Notes under the pieces: model-generated
Database searches by the model: none
Told to the model about the DNA's origin: nothing
The model's input: the letters and a program-made list of their open reading frames with translations, nothing else
From: Candidatus Eiseniibacteriota bacterium
Lineage (GTDB): Bacteria > Eisenbacteria > RBG-16-71-46
DNA length: 64,000 nucleotides
Reading direction: 5' to 3'
Assembly (NCBI GenBank): GCA_963725865.1
Contig: CAVSAC010000014.1
Span: forward strand, 736,001-800,000
Made by a program: the position numbers and the translations under genes
Part shown: positions 42,613-53,559 of the stretch, piece after piece
How the letters are laid out: every line of letters starts with the position of its first letter
Position numbering within the stretch: the stretch's first letter is position 1

Positions 42613-44484
42613 ATGCACGAACGTCCGCTGCTGTCCGCCCTGGTCGCCTGCTCGCTCGTGGCACCCGCCGCGGCGCAGACCGCGCTCCCCTCGCAGAACT
42701 GGCCCGTCCCGGTGGTGGCCGGCGAGACCACCGGCACGTCGCGCAACGTCCCGCCCTACTGGCGCACGCGCGCCGAGCGCACCCAGTACCGCGAGACCGC
42801 CGACTACGACGAGACCATGCGCTACGTCCGCCAGCTCGAGGGCGGCTCGCGCTGGATCAAGGTGGTGAGCTACGGCAAGAGCGGCCAGGGGCGCGACCTG
42901 CCGCTGATGATCGTGTCGAAGGACCGCGCGTTCACGCCCGAGGCGGCGATCGCTACGGCCAAGCCGATCGTGCTGATCCAGAACGGCATCCATTCCGGCG
43001 AGATCGAGGGCAAGGACGCCTGCCTGGCGCTGATCCGCGACATGGCGGTGCTCGGCACCCGCTCCGAGCTGCTCGACAGCACCATCGTGCTGGTGCTGCC
43101 CATCCTCTCGGTCGACGCGCACGAGCGGCACGGGCCCTACAACCGCATCAACCAGAACGGCCCGGTCGAGATGGGCTGGCGCACCGGCCCCACCGGGCTG
43201 AACCTCAACCGCGACTACCTCAAGGCCGAGACGCCCGAGATCCGCGCGCTGCTGTCGCAGGTGTACACGCGCTGGTGGCCGCACCTGCTGATCGACGACC
43301 ACACCACCGACGGCGCCGACTACCGCCACGACGTCACCTATGGCGCGCCGCACGGCACCAGCACGCCGCCGCCGCTCGACCGCTGGTACGCCGACGCGTT
43401 CGAGGGTCGCGTGGTGCCGCGGCTGGCGGCGCTCGGCCACCTGCCCGCGCCCTATCTCTCGTTCCGCAACTACAGCGCCGATCCGCGGGTCGGGCTCGAC
43501 TACGGCGACGCCCCGCCGCGCTTCTCGAACGGCTACCCGACGCTCCAGGATCGCGCGGGGGTGCTGGTCGAGACGCACATGATCAAGCCGTACGGCGTGC
43601 GCGTGAAGGCGACCTACGACCTGCTGGTCGCCGTGCTCGAGGAGCTGCGCGCCCACCCGCGCGCGCTGGTGCGCGCGGTCGCCGACGCCGAGCAGCAGAC
43701 GATCGCGCGCGGCCGCGAGAGCGACCCCGCGAAGCGCGAGGTGGTGCTGACCACCAAGACCAGCGACACCGCGGTGCCGTTCGAGTTCAAGGGCTGGCAG
43801 ACGCGCTGGGAGGTGAGCGACATCACCGGCGACTGGCTGCCGCGCTACAGCGAGGCGCCGTGGGACACGATCATCCCGCTCTACCGCGAGGTGGTGCCGT
43901 CGCTGACGGTGCGCCAGCCGGCGGGCTACCTGGTCCCGCAGGAGTGGACGATCGCCCGCGACCGGCTCGACCTCCACGGCGTGCGCTACCGGAGGTTCGC
44001 GCGGGCGTGGACCGACACGGTCGAAGTGCAGCACGTGCTGGAGTGGAAGACGGCGGACCTCCGTGAGGGTCATCGGCCGACCGAGGTGAGCCGCGTGGTG
44101 CTCGAGCGGCGCGCACACACGTTCCGCCCCGGCGACCTGTGGGTGCCGCTCGACCAGCGCTCGGCGATGGTGGCGGTGCACCTGTTCGAGGCCCAGGCGC
44201 CGGACGGGCTGATGTACTGGAACGCGTTCGACACGGTGTTCGAGCGCAAGGAGTACGGCGAGGGCTACGTGGTCGAGCCGCTGGCGCGACGGATGATGGC
44301 GGCCGACCCCGCGCTGGCGCGGGAGTTCCGCGCGCGGCTCGCGAGCGACTCGACGTTTGCTCACGACCCGCGGGCGCGGAGCGAGTTCTTCTATCGCCGC
44401 TCGCCGTGGGCGGACCCCGAGCAGGACCTGCATCCGATCCTGCGCGCGCTGCACCGGCCGCCGGAGAGCGTGCTCGCGCCCTGA
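42613..44484 (+). CDS. Secreted M14 zinc carboxypeptidase family protein
   Basis: Signal peptide; YGKSGQGRDL, GIHSGE (HxxE), NLNRD, IDDHTTDG. Confidence 0.9.
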   Translation: MHERPLLSALVACSLVAPAAAQTALPSQNWPVPVVAGETTGTSRNVPPYWRTRAERTQYRETADYDETMRYVRQLEGGSRWIKVVSYGKSGQGRDLPLMIVSKDRAFTPEAAIATAKPIVLIQNGIHSGEIEGKDACLALIRDMAVLGTRSELLDSTIVLVLPILSVDAHERHGPYNRINQNGPVEMGWRTGPTGLNLNRDYLKAETPEIRALLSQVYTRWWPHLLIDDHTTDGADYRHDVTYGAPHGTSTPPPLDRWYADAFEGRVVPRLAALGHLPAPYLSFRNYSADPRVGLDYGDAPPRFSNGYPTLQDRAGVLVETHMIKPYGVRVKATYDLLVAVLEELRAHPRALVRAVADAEQQTIARGRESDPAKREVVLTTKTSDTAVPFEFKGWQTRWEVSDITGDWLPRYSEAPWDTIIPLYREVVPSLTVRQPAGYLVPQEWTIARDRLDLHGVRYRRFARAWTDTVEVQHVLEWKTADLREGHRPTEVSRVVLERRAHTFRPGDLWVPLDQRSAMVAVHLFEAQAPDGLMYWNAFDTVFERKEYGEGYVVEPLARRMMAADPALAREFRARLASDSTFAHDPRARSEFFYRRSPWADPEQDLHPILRALHRPPESVLAP

Positions 44485-44740
44485 CGGCGCGCCGGTCGCT
44501 GCTCGCGCGCGGTGGCGGCCCGGGCCGCGCCGCGGATGCCCCCGCCACTGCGAACCGGCAAGGTCGCGCGCCGCGAGTCTGTTGCGGGGCAGGAGGTTCG
44601 CCGTCGCCGGAGCCAGTCCTTGGGTGGCCTGAGCGGCGATGCTAGGCTCCAAGCGACTTTCGGGCCTCCACGGGCCCCCGCGGCTCACCCACGGCCACGT
44701 CCCGGCGCGCTCCCGCGCCGGGAACCTCGGATCTCGAACG

Positions 44741-45256
44741 ATGCAGGTCATCCTCTTCCGACACGGACCCGCTGGCGGCCGCGATGCCGCGCGCTGGCCC
44801 GACGACGCGCAGCGCCCGCTGTCGTCCAAGGGCGAGCAACGCACGCTGGCCGCAGCACTCGGGCTCGCGCGACTCGCGGGCGACATCACGCAGATCGCCA
44901 CCAGCCCGCTGCTGCGCGCCACCCAGACTGCGGACGTGCTGAACGGCGTGCTCGACCTGCCGGCCCCACCGGTGGTGCTCGGCGCGCTGGCACCCGGGCA
45001 GGGCTACCGGCGCGTGATCGAGTGGCTGCACGCGCAGGACTCCGAGGCCTCCGTGGTGCTGGTGGGCCACGAGCCGGATCTCGGCAAGCTCGCGGGCGTG
45101 CTGCTGTTCGGAGCGCCCGCGGCGCTGCCGTTCAAGAAGGCCGGTGCGTGCCAGGTGTCGTTCGTCGGCGAGGTCGCGGCCGGCGCCGGCCGGCTGAAGT
45201 GGTTCCTGCCGCCGAAGGAACTGCGGCGGCTGGCCAAGCGCGGGAGCAAGGTGTGA
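44741..45256 (+). CDS. sixA: SixA-like phosphohistidine phosphatase
   Basis: FRHG, RPLS, TSPLLRATQTA, LVGHEP, FKKAG. Confidence 0.88.
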   Translation: MQVILFRHGPAGGRDAARWPDDAQRPLSSKGEQRTLAAALGLARLAGDITQIATSPLLRATQTADVLNGVLDLPAPPVVLGALAPGQGYRRVIEWLHAQDSEASVVLVGHEPDLGKLAGVLLFGAPAALPFKKAGACQVSFVGEVAAGAGRLKWFLPPKELRRLAKRGSKV

Positions 45257-45948
45257 ACGATCGCTTCGGCACCTGGCGGCCCGACTGGCCGGGGCGGCTG
45301 TTCATCGTCGAGGGCATCGACGGCTCCGGCAAGAGCACCCAGCTCACGCTGCTCGCGCAGTGGCTGCGCAGCGAGGGCTTCCCGGTGGTGTTCAGCGAGT
45401 GGAACTCCTCGCCGATCGTGCGCGTCACCACATCGCGCGGCAAGAAGCGTCAGCTGCTGACGCCGCTGACGTTCTCGCTGATCCACGCCACCGACTTCGC
45501 GGACCGCGTCGAACGCGAGATCATCCCGTCGCTGAAGGCGGGGGCGATCGTGCTCGCGGACCGCTACGTGTTCACCGCGTTCGCGCGCGACGTGGTGCGC
45601 GGCGTGAGCCCCTCGTGGGTGCGTTCTCTCTATCGCCTCGCCCCGGTGCCGTCGCAGGCGTTCTACTTCCGCGTGCCGCTCGAGGTCGCGCTCAAGCGCA
45701 TCCTCTCCGGCCGGCCGAAGCTCAAGTGGTACGAGGCCGGCATGGACCTCGGGCTGCACACCGATCCGAACGAGTCCTACCGGCTGTTCCAGTCCCGCAT
45801 CCTGACCGAGTACGAGACACTGGTGCAGGAGTTCGGGCTCCAGGTGATGGACGCCGCGCTGCCGATCGAGACCCAGCAGAAGGCCATGCGCCGCGTCATC
45901 GCCCCGCATCTCGAGCGCATGCGCCAGGAGATCCGCTCCCATGCGTGA
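45253..45948 (+). CDS. Thymidylate-kinase-like P-loop kinase, copy 1 (intact Walker A; putative polyP kinase catalytic subunit)
   Basis: VEGIDGSGKST, ATDFADR, LADRY, WYEAGMD; GTGA overlap with sixA. Confidence 0.88.
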   Translation: MNDRFGTWRPDWPGRLFIVEGIDGSGKSTQLTLLAQWLRSEGFPVVFSEWNSSPIVRVTTSRGKKRQLLTPLTFSLIHATDFADRVEREIIPSLKAGAIVLADRYVFTAFARDVVRGVSPSWVRSLYRLAPVPSQAFYFRVPLEVALKRILSGRPKLKWYEAGMDLGLHTDPNESYRLFQSRILTEYETLVQEFGLQVMDAALPIETQQKAMRRVIAPHLERMRQEIRSHA

Positions 45949-46657
45949 GTTTCAGTCGTACGGCGAGGGCATCCCGGGGGTCGACCTGCGCGACCTGCAC
46001 GGCTGGCTGATCGTCATCGAGGGCACCGACGGGGTCGGCCGCACCACGCACGTGAACCTGCTGCGCGCGCACCTGGAGCGGCTCGGCTACGCGGTCGCCG
46101 AGACCGGGCTGACGCGTTCCGACCTGACGAGCCGCGGTCTGCGGCGCGCGAAGCTCGGCAACACGCTCGGCTCCACTCCGTTCAACCTCTACTACGCGAC
46201 CGATTTCGCGGACCGCCTCGAGCACCAGATTGTGCCCGCGCTGCGCTCCGGGTTCGTCATGCTCACCGATCGCTACACCTACTCGCTGATCGCGCGCGCG
46301 ATCGTGCGCGGCGCGGATCCGGCGTGGATCAAGCGGGTGTACTCGTTCTCGCTCCAGCCCGACGCCACGTTCTACCTGCGCATCGGCGTCAAGGACCTGG
46401 TCCAGCGCGTGGTGCAGAACGGCGGCTTCGACTACTGGGAGTCCGGCATGGACATCCCGATGGGCGAGGACCTCCACGACTCGTTCATCCGCTACCAGTC
46501 GCGGCTGATCGAGACACTCGACGAGCTGTCGCACGAGTTCGGCTTCGACACCATCGACGCCACGCGCCCGGTGGACGAGATCGCGCGCTACCTGTGCGAG
46601 CGGGTCTCGGCGCTGCTGGAGTCGAGCCGCGACGACGCGCCGCCGGCCACGCCGTGA
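45941..46657 (+). CDS. Thymidylate-kinase-like protein, copy 2 (Walker A Lys replaced by Arg)
   Basis: IEGTDGVGRTT, ATDFADR, LTDRY, YWESGMD; 8-nt overlap with copy 1. Confidence 0.88.
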   Translation: MREFQSYGEGIPGVDLRDLHGWLIVIEGTDGVGRTTHVNLLRAHLERLGYAVAETGLTRSDLTSRGLRRAKLGNTLGSTPFNLYYATDFADRLEHQIVPALRSGFVMLTDRYTYSLIARAIVRGADPAWIKRVYSFSLQPDATFYLRIGVKDLVQRVVQNGGFDYWESGMDIPMGEDLHDSFIRYQSRLIETLDELSHEFGFDTIDATRPVDEIARYLCERVSALLESSRDDAPPATP

Positions 46658-47583
46658 GCGTGCTGCCGGGCCCGGGCGCGGGAGCCGACCCGCTCGACGC
46701 CGCGCGGCGGATCGCGGACGACCTCGCGCAGCGCGCCGCGACGCTCGCCGCCGCCACCCGCCGCCTGCGCCGTCGCGAACACGCCGAGGCGGTCCACGAC
46801 GTGCGCGTCGCGGCCCGGCGGCTGGCCGCGGCACTGGCGCTGTGGCGCGCACTGCTGCGCCGGCGGGCGCGGCGCCGGACGCTGCGCGGGCTCCGGCGCC
46901 TGGGGCGCCGCCTCGGTCCCGTTCGCGAACGCGAGGTGGTGCTCGCCCTGCTCGAAGCGCGCGCCACCCGGCCGGGCGAGGAGACGCGCGAGGTCGTCGA
47001 GCGGCTGGCGGCGCGGCTGCGCCGCCGCATCGCGCGGGCCCGCACCGGCGTCGCGCGCGCCTGCCGGCCAGCGGCGATCGAGCGCCTGGTGCGCGGGGTC
47101 ACGCGCGCCGCCGGACGGCTCGAGACGCGCGTGGGCGCGCAGCCGGACTGGCGCGCGCGCGCGGAGCAGCGGGTGGAGACCCTCGGCGTGCGGGCTCGCG
47201 ACGCCCTCGCGGAGGGACTCGCGAGCCGCGAGGATGCGGCGCTCCATCAGGCGCGGATCGCGGTCAAGCGCTGGCGTTACGCGGGCGAGTGCGTCGAGGC
47301 GGTCGCCGGCGCGCCGGCCACGCGCCTGGTACCCCTGCGCGAGCTGCAGGAGACGCTCGGGGCCGTGCACGACCTCGCCACGCTGCGCGACCGGCTCGTG
47401 CGGGCAGCGGCGCGCAGTGCCCGGCGCCGGCGCGGATTCGGCGCCCCGGCGAGCGGCGGCACCGCGCCCATCTCGAGCCACGACCCGGTCGCCGCGCTGT
47501 CCGCGCTTGCGCAGGCGATCGAGGAGGATCGCGCGCGGGCGCTCGAGCGCCTGCGCGTGCAGGCCGCCTCGCTCGCGCGCTAG
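46654..47583 (+). CDS. CHAD-domain polyphosphate-binding protein
   Basis: EAVHDVRVAARRL, LGPVRE, LHQARIAVKRWRY, LQETLGAVHD; very Arg-rich; GTGA overlap. Confidence 0.88.
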   Translation: MSVLPGPGAGADPLDAARRIADDLAQRAATLAAATRRLRRREHAEAVHDVRVAARRLAAALALWRALLRRRARRRTLRGLRRLGRRLGPVREREVVLALLEARATRPGEETREVVERLAARLRRRIARARTGVARACRPAAIERLVRGVTRAAGRLETRVGAQPDWRARAEQRVETLGVRARDALAEGLASREDAALHQARIAVKRWRYAGECVEAVAGAPATRLVPLRELQETLGAVHDLATLRDRLVRAAARSARRRRGFGAPASGGTAPISSHDPVAALSALAQAIEEDRARALERLRVQAASLAR

Positions 47584-47590
47584 CGCCGGT

Positions 47591-49249
47591 TCACGCGCCC
47601 TTCGCTCGCGGACGCAGCGACACCACGCCGGCGTGCGGACCGGCGGCGGGCGTGGACTCCTCGGCACGGGCGCGGCGCGGCCGGGGCTTGTGCTGCGGGG
47701 CCCGCGATTCGCCCGCGCGCTCGGCCGCGATGCGCACCCGCACCCCCAGCAGCTGCTCGAGCATCTGCGTCCGGCGGCGCGCCGCCCACAGCTCGAGCCG
47801 CGCGTCGCGCAGCGTCGACGCCTGGATCGTCACCCGTCCGTCGCGCCGCACCACCCGCACCGCCGGCACCAGCTGGTAGTGACTGCGGTCGAGCCCCTCG
47901 GCGATCCGCAGGATGGCGGCCAGCCACCGCACGATGCGACGCTGATCCTTGGTCAGCTCCGCAAAGCCCTCGTCGTGCTTCCGCGGCCGGGACTTGCCGT
48001 GGTAGCGCGCGACGGTCGCCACGATCGCGACGTCCGCGGCCGAGAACCCGCGCAGGTTGCCGTTGCGGATGATGTAGTACGAATGCTCCCCGTGACCGTC
48101 GTAGCCGATGACCGCGCCGATGTCGTGCAGCAGGCTGGCGTACGAGAGCAGCTCGCGCTCCTCGGGTCCCAGCCGGTGCGCGAATCGCAGACCATCGAAC
48201 AGCTGCAGCGCCAGCCGTGCGACGTGCTGCGAGTGCCGGGACTCGGGGAAGAACTTGGTGAGCAGCGCCATCACGCTGCGCAGCCGCAGGTCGTCGATCA
48301 GCTCCAGCGCGCTGACCTCGCGCGCGTGCGAGAGCAGGTAGTCCGTCACCAGTCCTTCGCGCACGCCGAAGTCCGAGATCGTGATCCCCGGCGCCCCCAG
48401 CTGCTCCAGCACGTGCAGCAGCACCAGCGCGCCGGGCAGGATGATCTCCGCGCGCGGCGTGTCGATGCCCGGCAGGCGTTCGCGCTCTTCGAGGTTCATG
48501 CGCTGGAGCCGGCGCGTCAGCCGGTCGAGGGACTCGATCGTCATGCGATGGCCGTTGAGCTGGGTCAGCGGCTGACCGGTGTCGGCCCAGTGCGCGGCCT
48601 GCGCGAGCGCGTGGATGGAACCCGACGAACCGTAGAACGCCTGCGGCTCGGCGCCCGCCACCGTCTCGAGGGCGTCGCGGGTCTCGCGGCGGATGTGGCG
48701 ACGCAGGCGCTGCAGGTCCCGGCGCGACGGCGGGTCGCTGTCGAGCATCGTCTCCGTCAGGCGCAGCGCCCCGAGCGCCACGCTGATCACGCGCTGCAGG
48801 CGGTCGCGGTCCCCGACCACCAGCTGCATGCTGCCGCCGCCGATGTCGAGGATCAGCGCCGGGGCGGCGTCGAGCTGCAGCGCGCTCTTCACCCCCAGCC
48901 AGATCAGGCGCCCCTCCTCCGCCGCGGGAATCACCCGCGGGAGCACGCCGGCCGCCGCGCGCGCGGCGTCGAGGAACGCGCCGCCGTTGCGCGCCTCGCG
49001 CACCGCGGCGGTGGCGGTGCACACGATGCGATCCACCTGGTGGCGCCGCGCCAGCGCCACGAAGCGATGGAGCGCGTCGATGGTGCGGCGGATCGCGGCG
49101 GCGCGCAGCCGGCCGTCGGAGAACGAGCCGCGCCCGATCTGCACCACCTCGCGCTCGCGGTCCACCACCTCGAACGAGGCAGGACCGATGGCCTTCGCGA
49201 TCACCATGTGGATCGAGTTGGTCCCGATGTCGATGGCGGCGATGCGCAT
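47591..49249 (-). CDS. ppx: Ppx/GppA exopolyphosphatase with C-terminal HD domain
   Basis: AAIDIGTNSIHM, ATAAVREARNG, EEGRLI, DIGGGS, GVREG, LLHDIG, HGEHSYY. Confidence 0.94.
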   Translation of the reverse strand: MRIAAIDIGTNSIHMVIAKAIGPASFEVVDREREVVQIGRGSFSDGRLRAAAIRRTIDALHRFVALARRHQVDRIVCTATAAVREARNGGAFLDAARAAAGVLPRVIPAAEEGRLIWLGVKSALQLDAAPALILDIGGGSMQLVVGDRDRLQRVISVALGALRLTETMLDSDPPSRRDLQRLRRHIRRETRDALETVAGAEPQAFYGSSGSIHALAQAAHWADTGQPLTQLNGHRMTIESLDRLTRRLQRMNLEERERLPGIDTPRAEIILPGALVLLHVLEQLGAPGITISDFGVREGLVTDYLLSHAREVSALELIDDLRLRSVMALLTKFFPESRHSQHVARLALQLFDGLRFAHRLGPEERELLSYASLLHDIGAVIGYDGHGEHSYYIIRNGNLRGFSAADVAIVATVARYHGKSRPRKHDEGFAELTKDQRRIVRWLAAILRIAEGLDRSHYQLVPAVRVVRRDGRVTIQASTLRDARLELWAARRRTQMLEQLLGVRVRIAAERAGESRAPQHKPRPRRARAEESTPAAGPHAGVVSLRPRAKGA

Positions 49250-49631
49250 GGAGGCTCCAAGGGAATGCCGGGGACGGCGGGGACGCGTGCGGGCCGGATC
49301 GAGTATCGGCGCCCGGACGACCCCGGGGCAATGCCGCCGGTGCCGACCGGCGGGCACGTGAGCCTGCCACTCGTGGCCTCCCGCCACCGCCGCCGGCCGC
49401 GGCCCATCCACCGCCGTCCCTGACAAGCCGACAGAGCCGGCGCGCGTTCTGTCATGGTGAACCCCTCTCGCGCGCCCGCCCGGGAGTGATCGCGGCCCCC
49501 CGCGTCACCGGTCCGCGCGAGCGGCGGCCACGCCGCTAGCGTCCGGCGGGCGCGGAGATTCGGCGGTCGCCGGCGGCCCCACCGGGGCGCGGCGCCCCGC
49601 CCATCGCCGCGCGGCCCCGGCCCGCCGAACG

Positions 49632-49648
49632 CTGGCCCGGATGATGCA
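49632..49648 (+). promoter_or_regulatory. Putative sigma54 (-24/-12) promoter
   Basis: CTGGCCCGGATGATGCA: GG-N10-GC, two mismatches to YTGGCACGRNNNTTGCW; about 100 nt upstream of the first hydrogenase-cluster gene. Confidence 0.55.
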
Positions 49649-49750
49649 AAACTGGCGGTTGGCGTCATCGCAGCACGGTTGGACGCCGTCCCGTCCGCGT
49701 CGCCTCCAGCCGCCGGATCGGACATCGACATCGAGTCAGGAGGTTCATCC

Positions 49751-50311
49751 ATGGCCGCCGCCATCACCGGGGACCGCTCGGTCCTCAAGCGGCCTCCTGT
49801 CGTCGTCGGGCTCGGCGATCCGTTGCGCGCCGACGACGCGGTCGGGCTCCACATCCTGGGCGAGTTGCGCGAGTACATGCGCTCGTGGTTCGGCCGCGTC
49901 GAGTTCGTCGACGCGAGCCTACCCGGCCACGCGCCGACCGAGCGTCTGCGGGCGCGCTGCGCCCTGGTGGTGGTGGGCACGCTGGCGCGCGGTGATCGTC
50001 CCGGCACCGTGCACGTGATGTCGGGCAAGGAAGCGCTGCGCACGCGGCGAGGACATCCCAACTCGGCACCGTCCGGCAACACCGTCTCGCTGCTGCGCAC
50101 GCTCCAGGTCGTGGACGCGCTGCCCGCGTGGGTGACCGTGGTCGGCATCGAGCCCGGCCGGCTGGAGTGCACCATGGGCCTCAGCGACGCGGTACACGAA
50201 GCCCTGCCGCTCGCGGTCCGCCAGGCGCATCAGGCGGTCGAGACGATGATCACCATGGTCGAATCCGACGACGAGCCGCACGCCCACGGCACCCAGGCCG
50301 CCGCCGGCTGA
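49751..50311 (+). CDS. Hydrogenase maturation protease-like protein, degenerate active site
   Basis: [33 protein letters not shown]; lacks the vDA Asp and the sxH His; AGGAGG RBS. Confidence 0.8.
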   Translation: MAAAITGDRSVLKRPPVVVGLGDPLRADDAVGLHILGELREYMRSWFGRVEFVDASLPGHAPTERLRARCALVVVGTLARGDRPGTVHVMSGKEALRTRRGHPNSAPSGNTVSLLRTLQVVDALPAWVTVVGIEPGRLECTMGLSDAVHEALPLAVRQAHQAVETMITMVESDDEPHAHGTQAAAG

Positions 50312-50403
50312 CCGAGCGGCGCGCCGCGGCGGCTCGACTCCGCGCCGCCTCCACCCCGCGGCCCCGCGCCAGCGCGCTTCCTGCGCTCGCGACCATCAAA
50401 TCC

Positions 50404-50432
50404 TTGACCCCGGCCGGTACGGGGACAATCAT
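50404..50432 (+). promoter_or_regulatory. Putative sigma70-type promoter for hydrogenase structural genes
   Basis: TTGACC-17 bp-AATCAT in a locally AT-richer patch. Confidence 0.4.
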
Positions 50433-50712
50433 CCACGTCATCGGAGTCGATGGGGCAGGATCACACTCACGCACCCCTCGATGGATGCGGCCTGCTTGTC
50501 GCCCACGACTCTCGCGGCGTAACCCCACGCGCCGCTGGCAGCACCGCCTCGCCATCCCGCACCACGCACGCCTCACGAGGCGGTCGAAGTCCATGGTGTC
50601 CCAACGGCGGAATGCCGCGCGCGGTCGCGTTCACGGTGCTCCGCTCCATGGCGATGGCGCCGTGCCCCGGCTCGACCCGGCGGCGCTTCGCACCTGGTCC
50701 TGGAGGCAGCCC

Positions 50713-51819
50713 ATGACCGACCCCGAGCACTGGCCCACCACCCTCGAGCTCTTCGAGCGCCACGGCATCGACCGCAGGACGTTCCTGCAGTTCTGCACGC
50801 TGACCGCGGCGGCGATGGGTCTCCAGTCCACCATGGTCCCGCGTGTCGTGCACGCGCTCGAGACCAAGCCACGCATCCCGGTCATCTGGCTGCACGGCCT
50901 GGAGTGCACGTGCTGCAGCGAGTCGTTCATCCGCTCGTCGCACCCGATCGCCCAGGACGTGGTGCTCAACATGATCTCGCTGGACTACGACGACACGCTG
51001 CAGGCCGCGGCGGGGTTCCAGGCCGAGGAGATCCGCGAGAAGCTGGTGCGCGACCACGCGGGCCAGTACGTGCTCGCGGTGGAGGGCAACGCGCCGACCA
51101 AGGACGGCGGCGTGTATTGCACGGTTGGCGGCAAGACGTTCCACAGCCTCCTCGAGGAGACCGCGGCCCACGCGCGGGCGGTGATCGCGTGGGGCTCGTG
51201 CGCGTCCAACGGCTGCGTGCAGGCCGCGCACCCGAACCCGACCGGCGCGAAGCCGGTGCACGAGCTGATCTCCGGCAAGCCGGTCATCAAGGTGCCGGGC
51301 TGTCCGCCGATCGCGGAAGTGATGACCGGCGTGCTCACCTACATCCTGACCTTCGACCGGCTGCCCGAGCTCGATCGCATCGGGCGGCCGAAGATGTTCT
51401 ACGGGCAGCGCCTCCACGACAAGTGCTACCGCCGGCCGTTCTTCGACGCCGGTCAGTTCGTGGAGCGCTGGGACGACGAGGGTGCGAGGAAGGGCTGGTG
51501 CCTCTACAAGATGGGGTGCCGCGGACCCTCGACGTACAACTCCTGCTCGACGTTCAAGTGGAACAACGGCGTGTCGTGGCCGATCGGCTCGGGCCACGGG
51601 TGCATCGGGTGCAGCGAGGCGAACTTCTGGGACAACGGTCCCTTCTACAAACGCCTCTCCGGCATCCCGCTGCCCAACGTCGATGCCACGCCGGATCAGA
51701 TCGGCCGCACGCTCGCGCTCGTCGCGGGCGTCGGAGTCGCCGCCCACTTCGCGTCGTTCATGGTCAAGCGCGGCATCGAGAAGTCGCGCCCGGCGGCCGC
51801 CGACGCCGACAAGGAGTAG
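50713..51819 (+). CDS. hyaA: [NiFe]-hydrogenase small subunit, group 1, six-Cys proximal cluster
   Basis: Tat motif [49 protein letters not shown]-terminal TM; GGAGG RBS. Confidence 0.95.
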   Translation: MTDPEHWPTTLELFERHGIDRRTFLQFCTLTAAAMGLQSTMVPRVVHALETKPRIPVIWLHGLECTCCSESFIRSSHPIAQDVVLNMISLDYDDTLQAAAGFQAEEIREKLVRDHAGQYVLAVEGNAPTKDGGVYCTVGGKTFHSLLEETAAHARAVIAWGSCASNGCVQAAHPNPTGAKPVHELISGKPVIKVPGCPPIAEVMTGVLTYILTFDRLPELDRIGRPKMFYGQRLHDKCYRRPFFDAGQFVERWDDEGARKGWCLYKMGCRGPSTYNSCSTFKWNNGVSWPIGSGHGCIGCSEANFWDNGPFYKRLSGIPLPNVDATPDQIGRTLALVAGVGVAAHFASFMVKRGIEKSRPAAADADKE

Positions 51820-51828
51820 GAGACCGCC

Positions 51829-53550
<1,722 letters not shown>

Positions 53551-53559
53551 GAGGCGCCC

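Noticed and set aside
49420..49460. Pho box upstream of ppx
   Set aside because: A single CTGTCAT; other TGTC half-sites are not in 11-bp direct-repeat register
50386..50399. FNR box upstream of the hydrogenase
   Set aside because: Only the ATCAA half-site is present; the other half reads CTCGC
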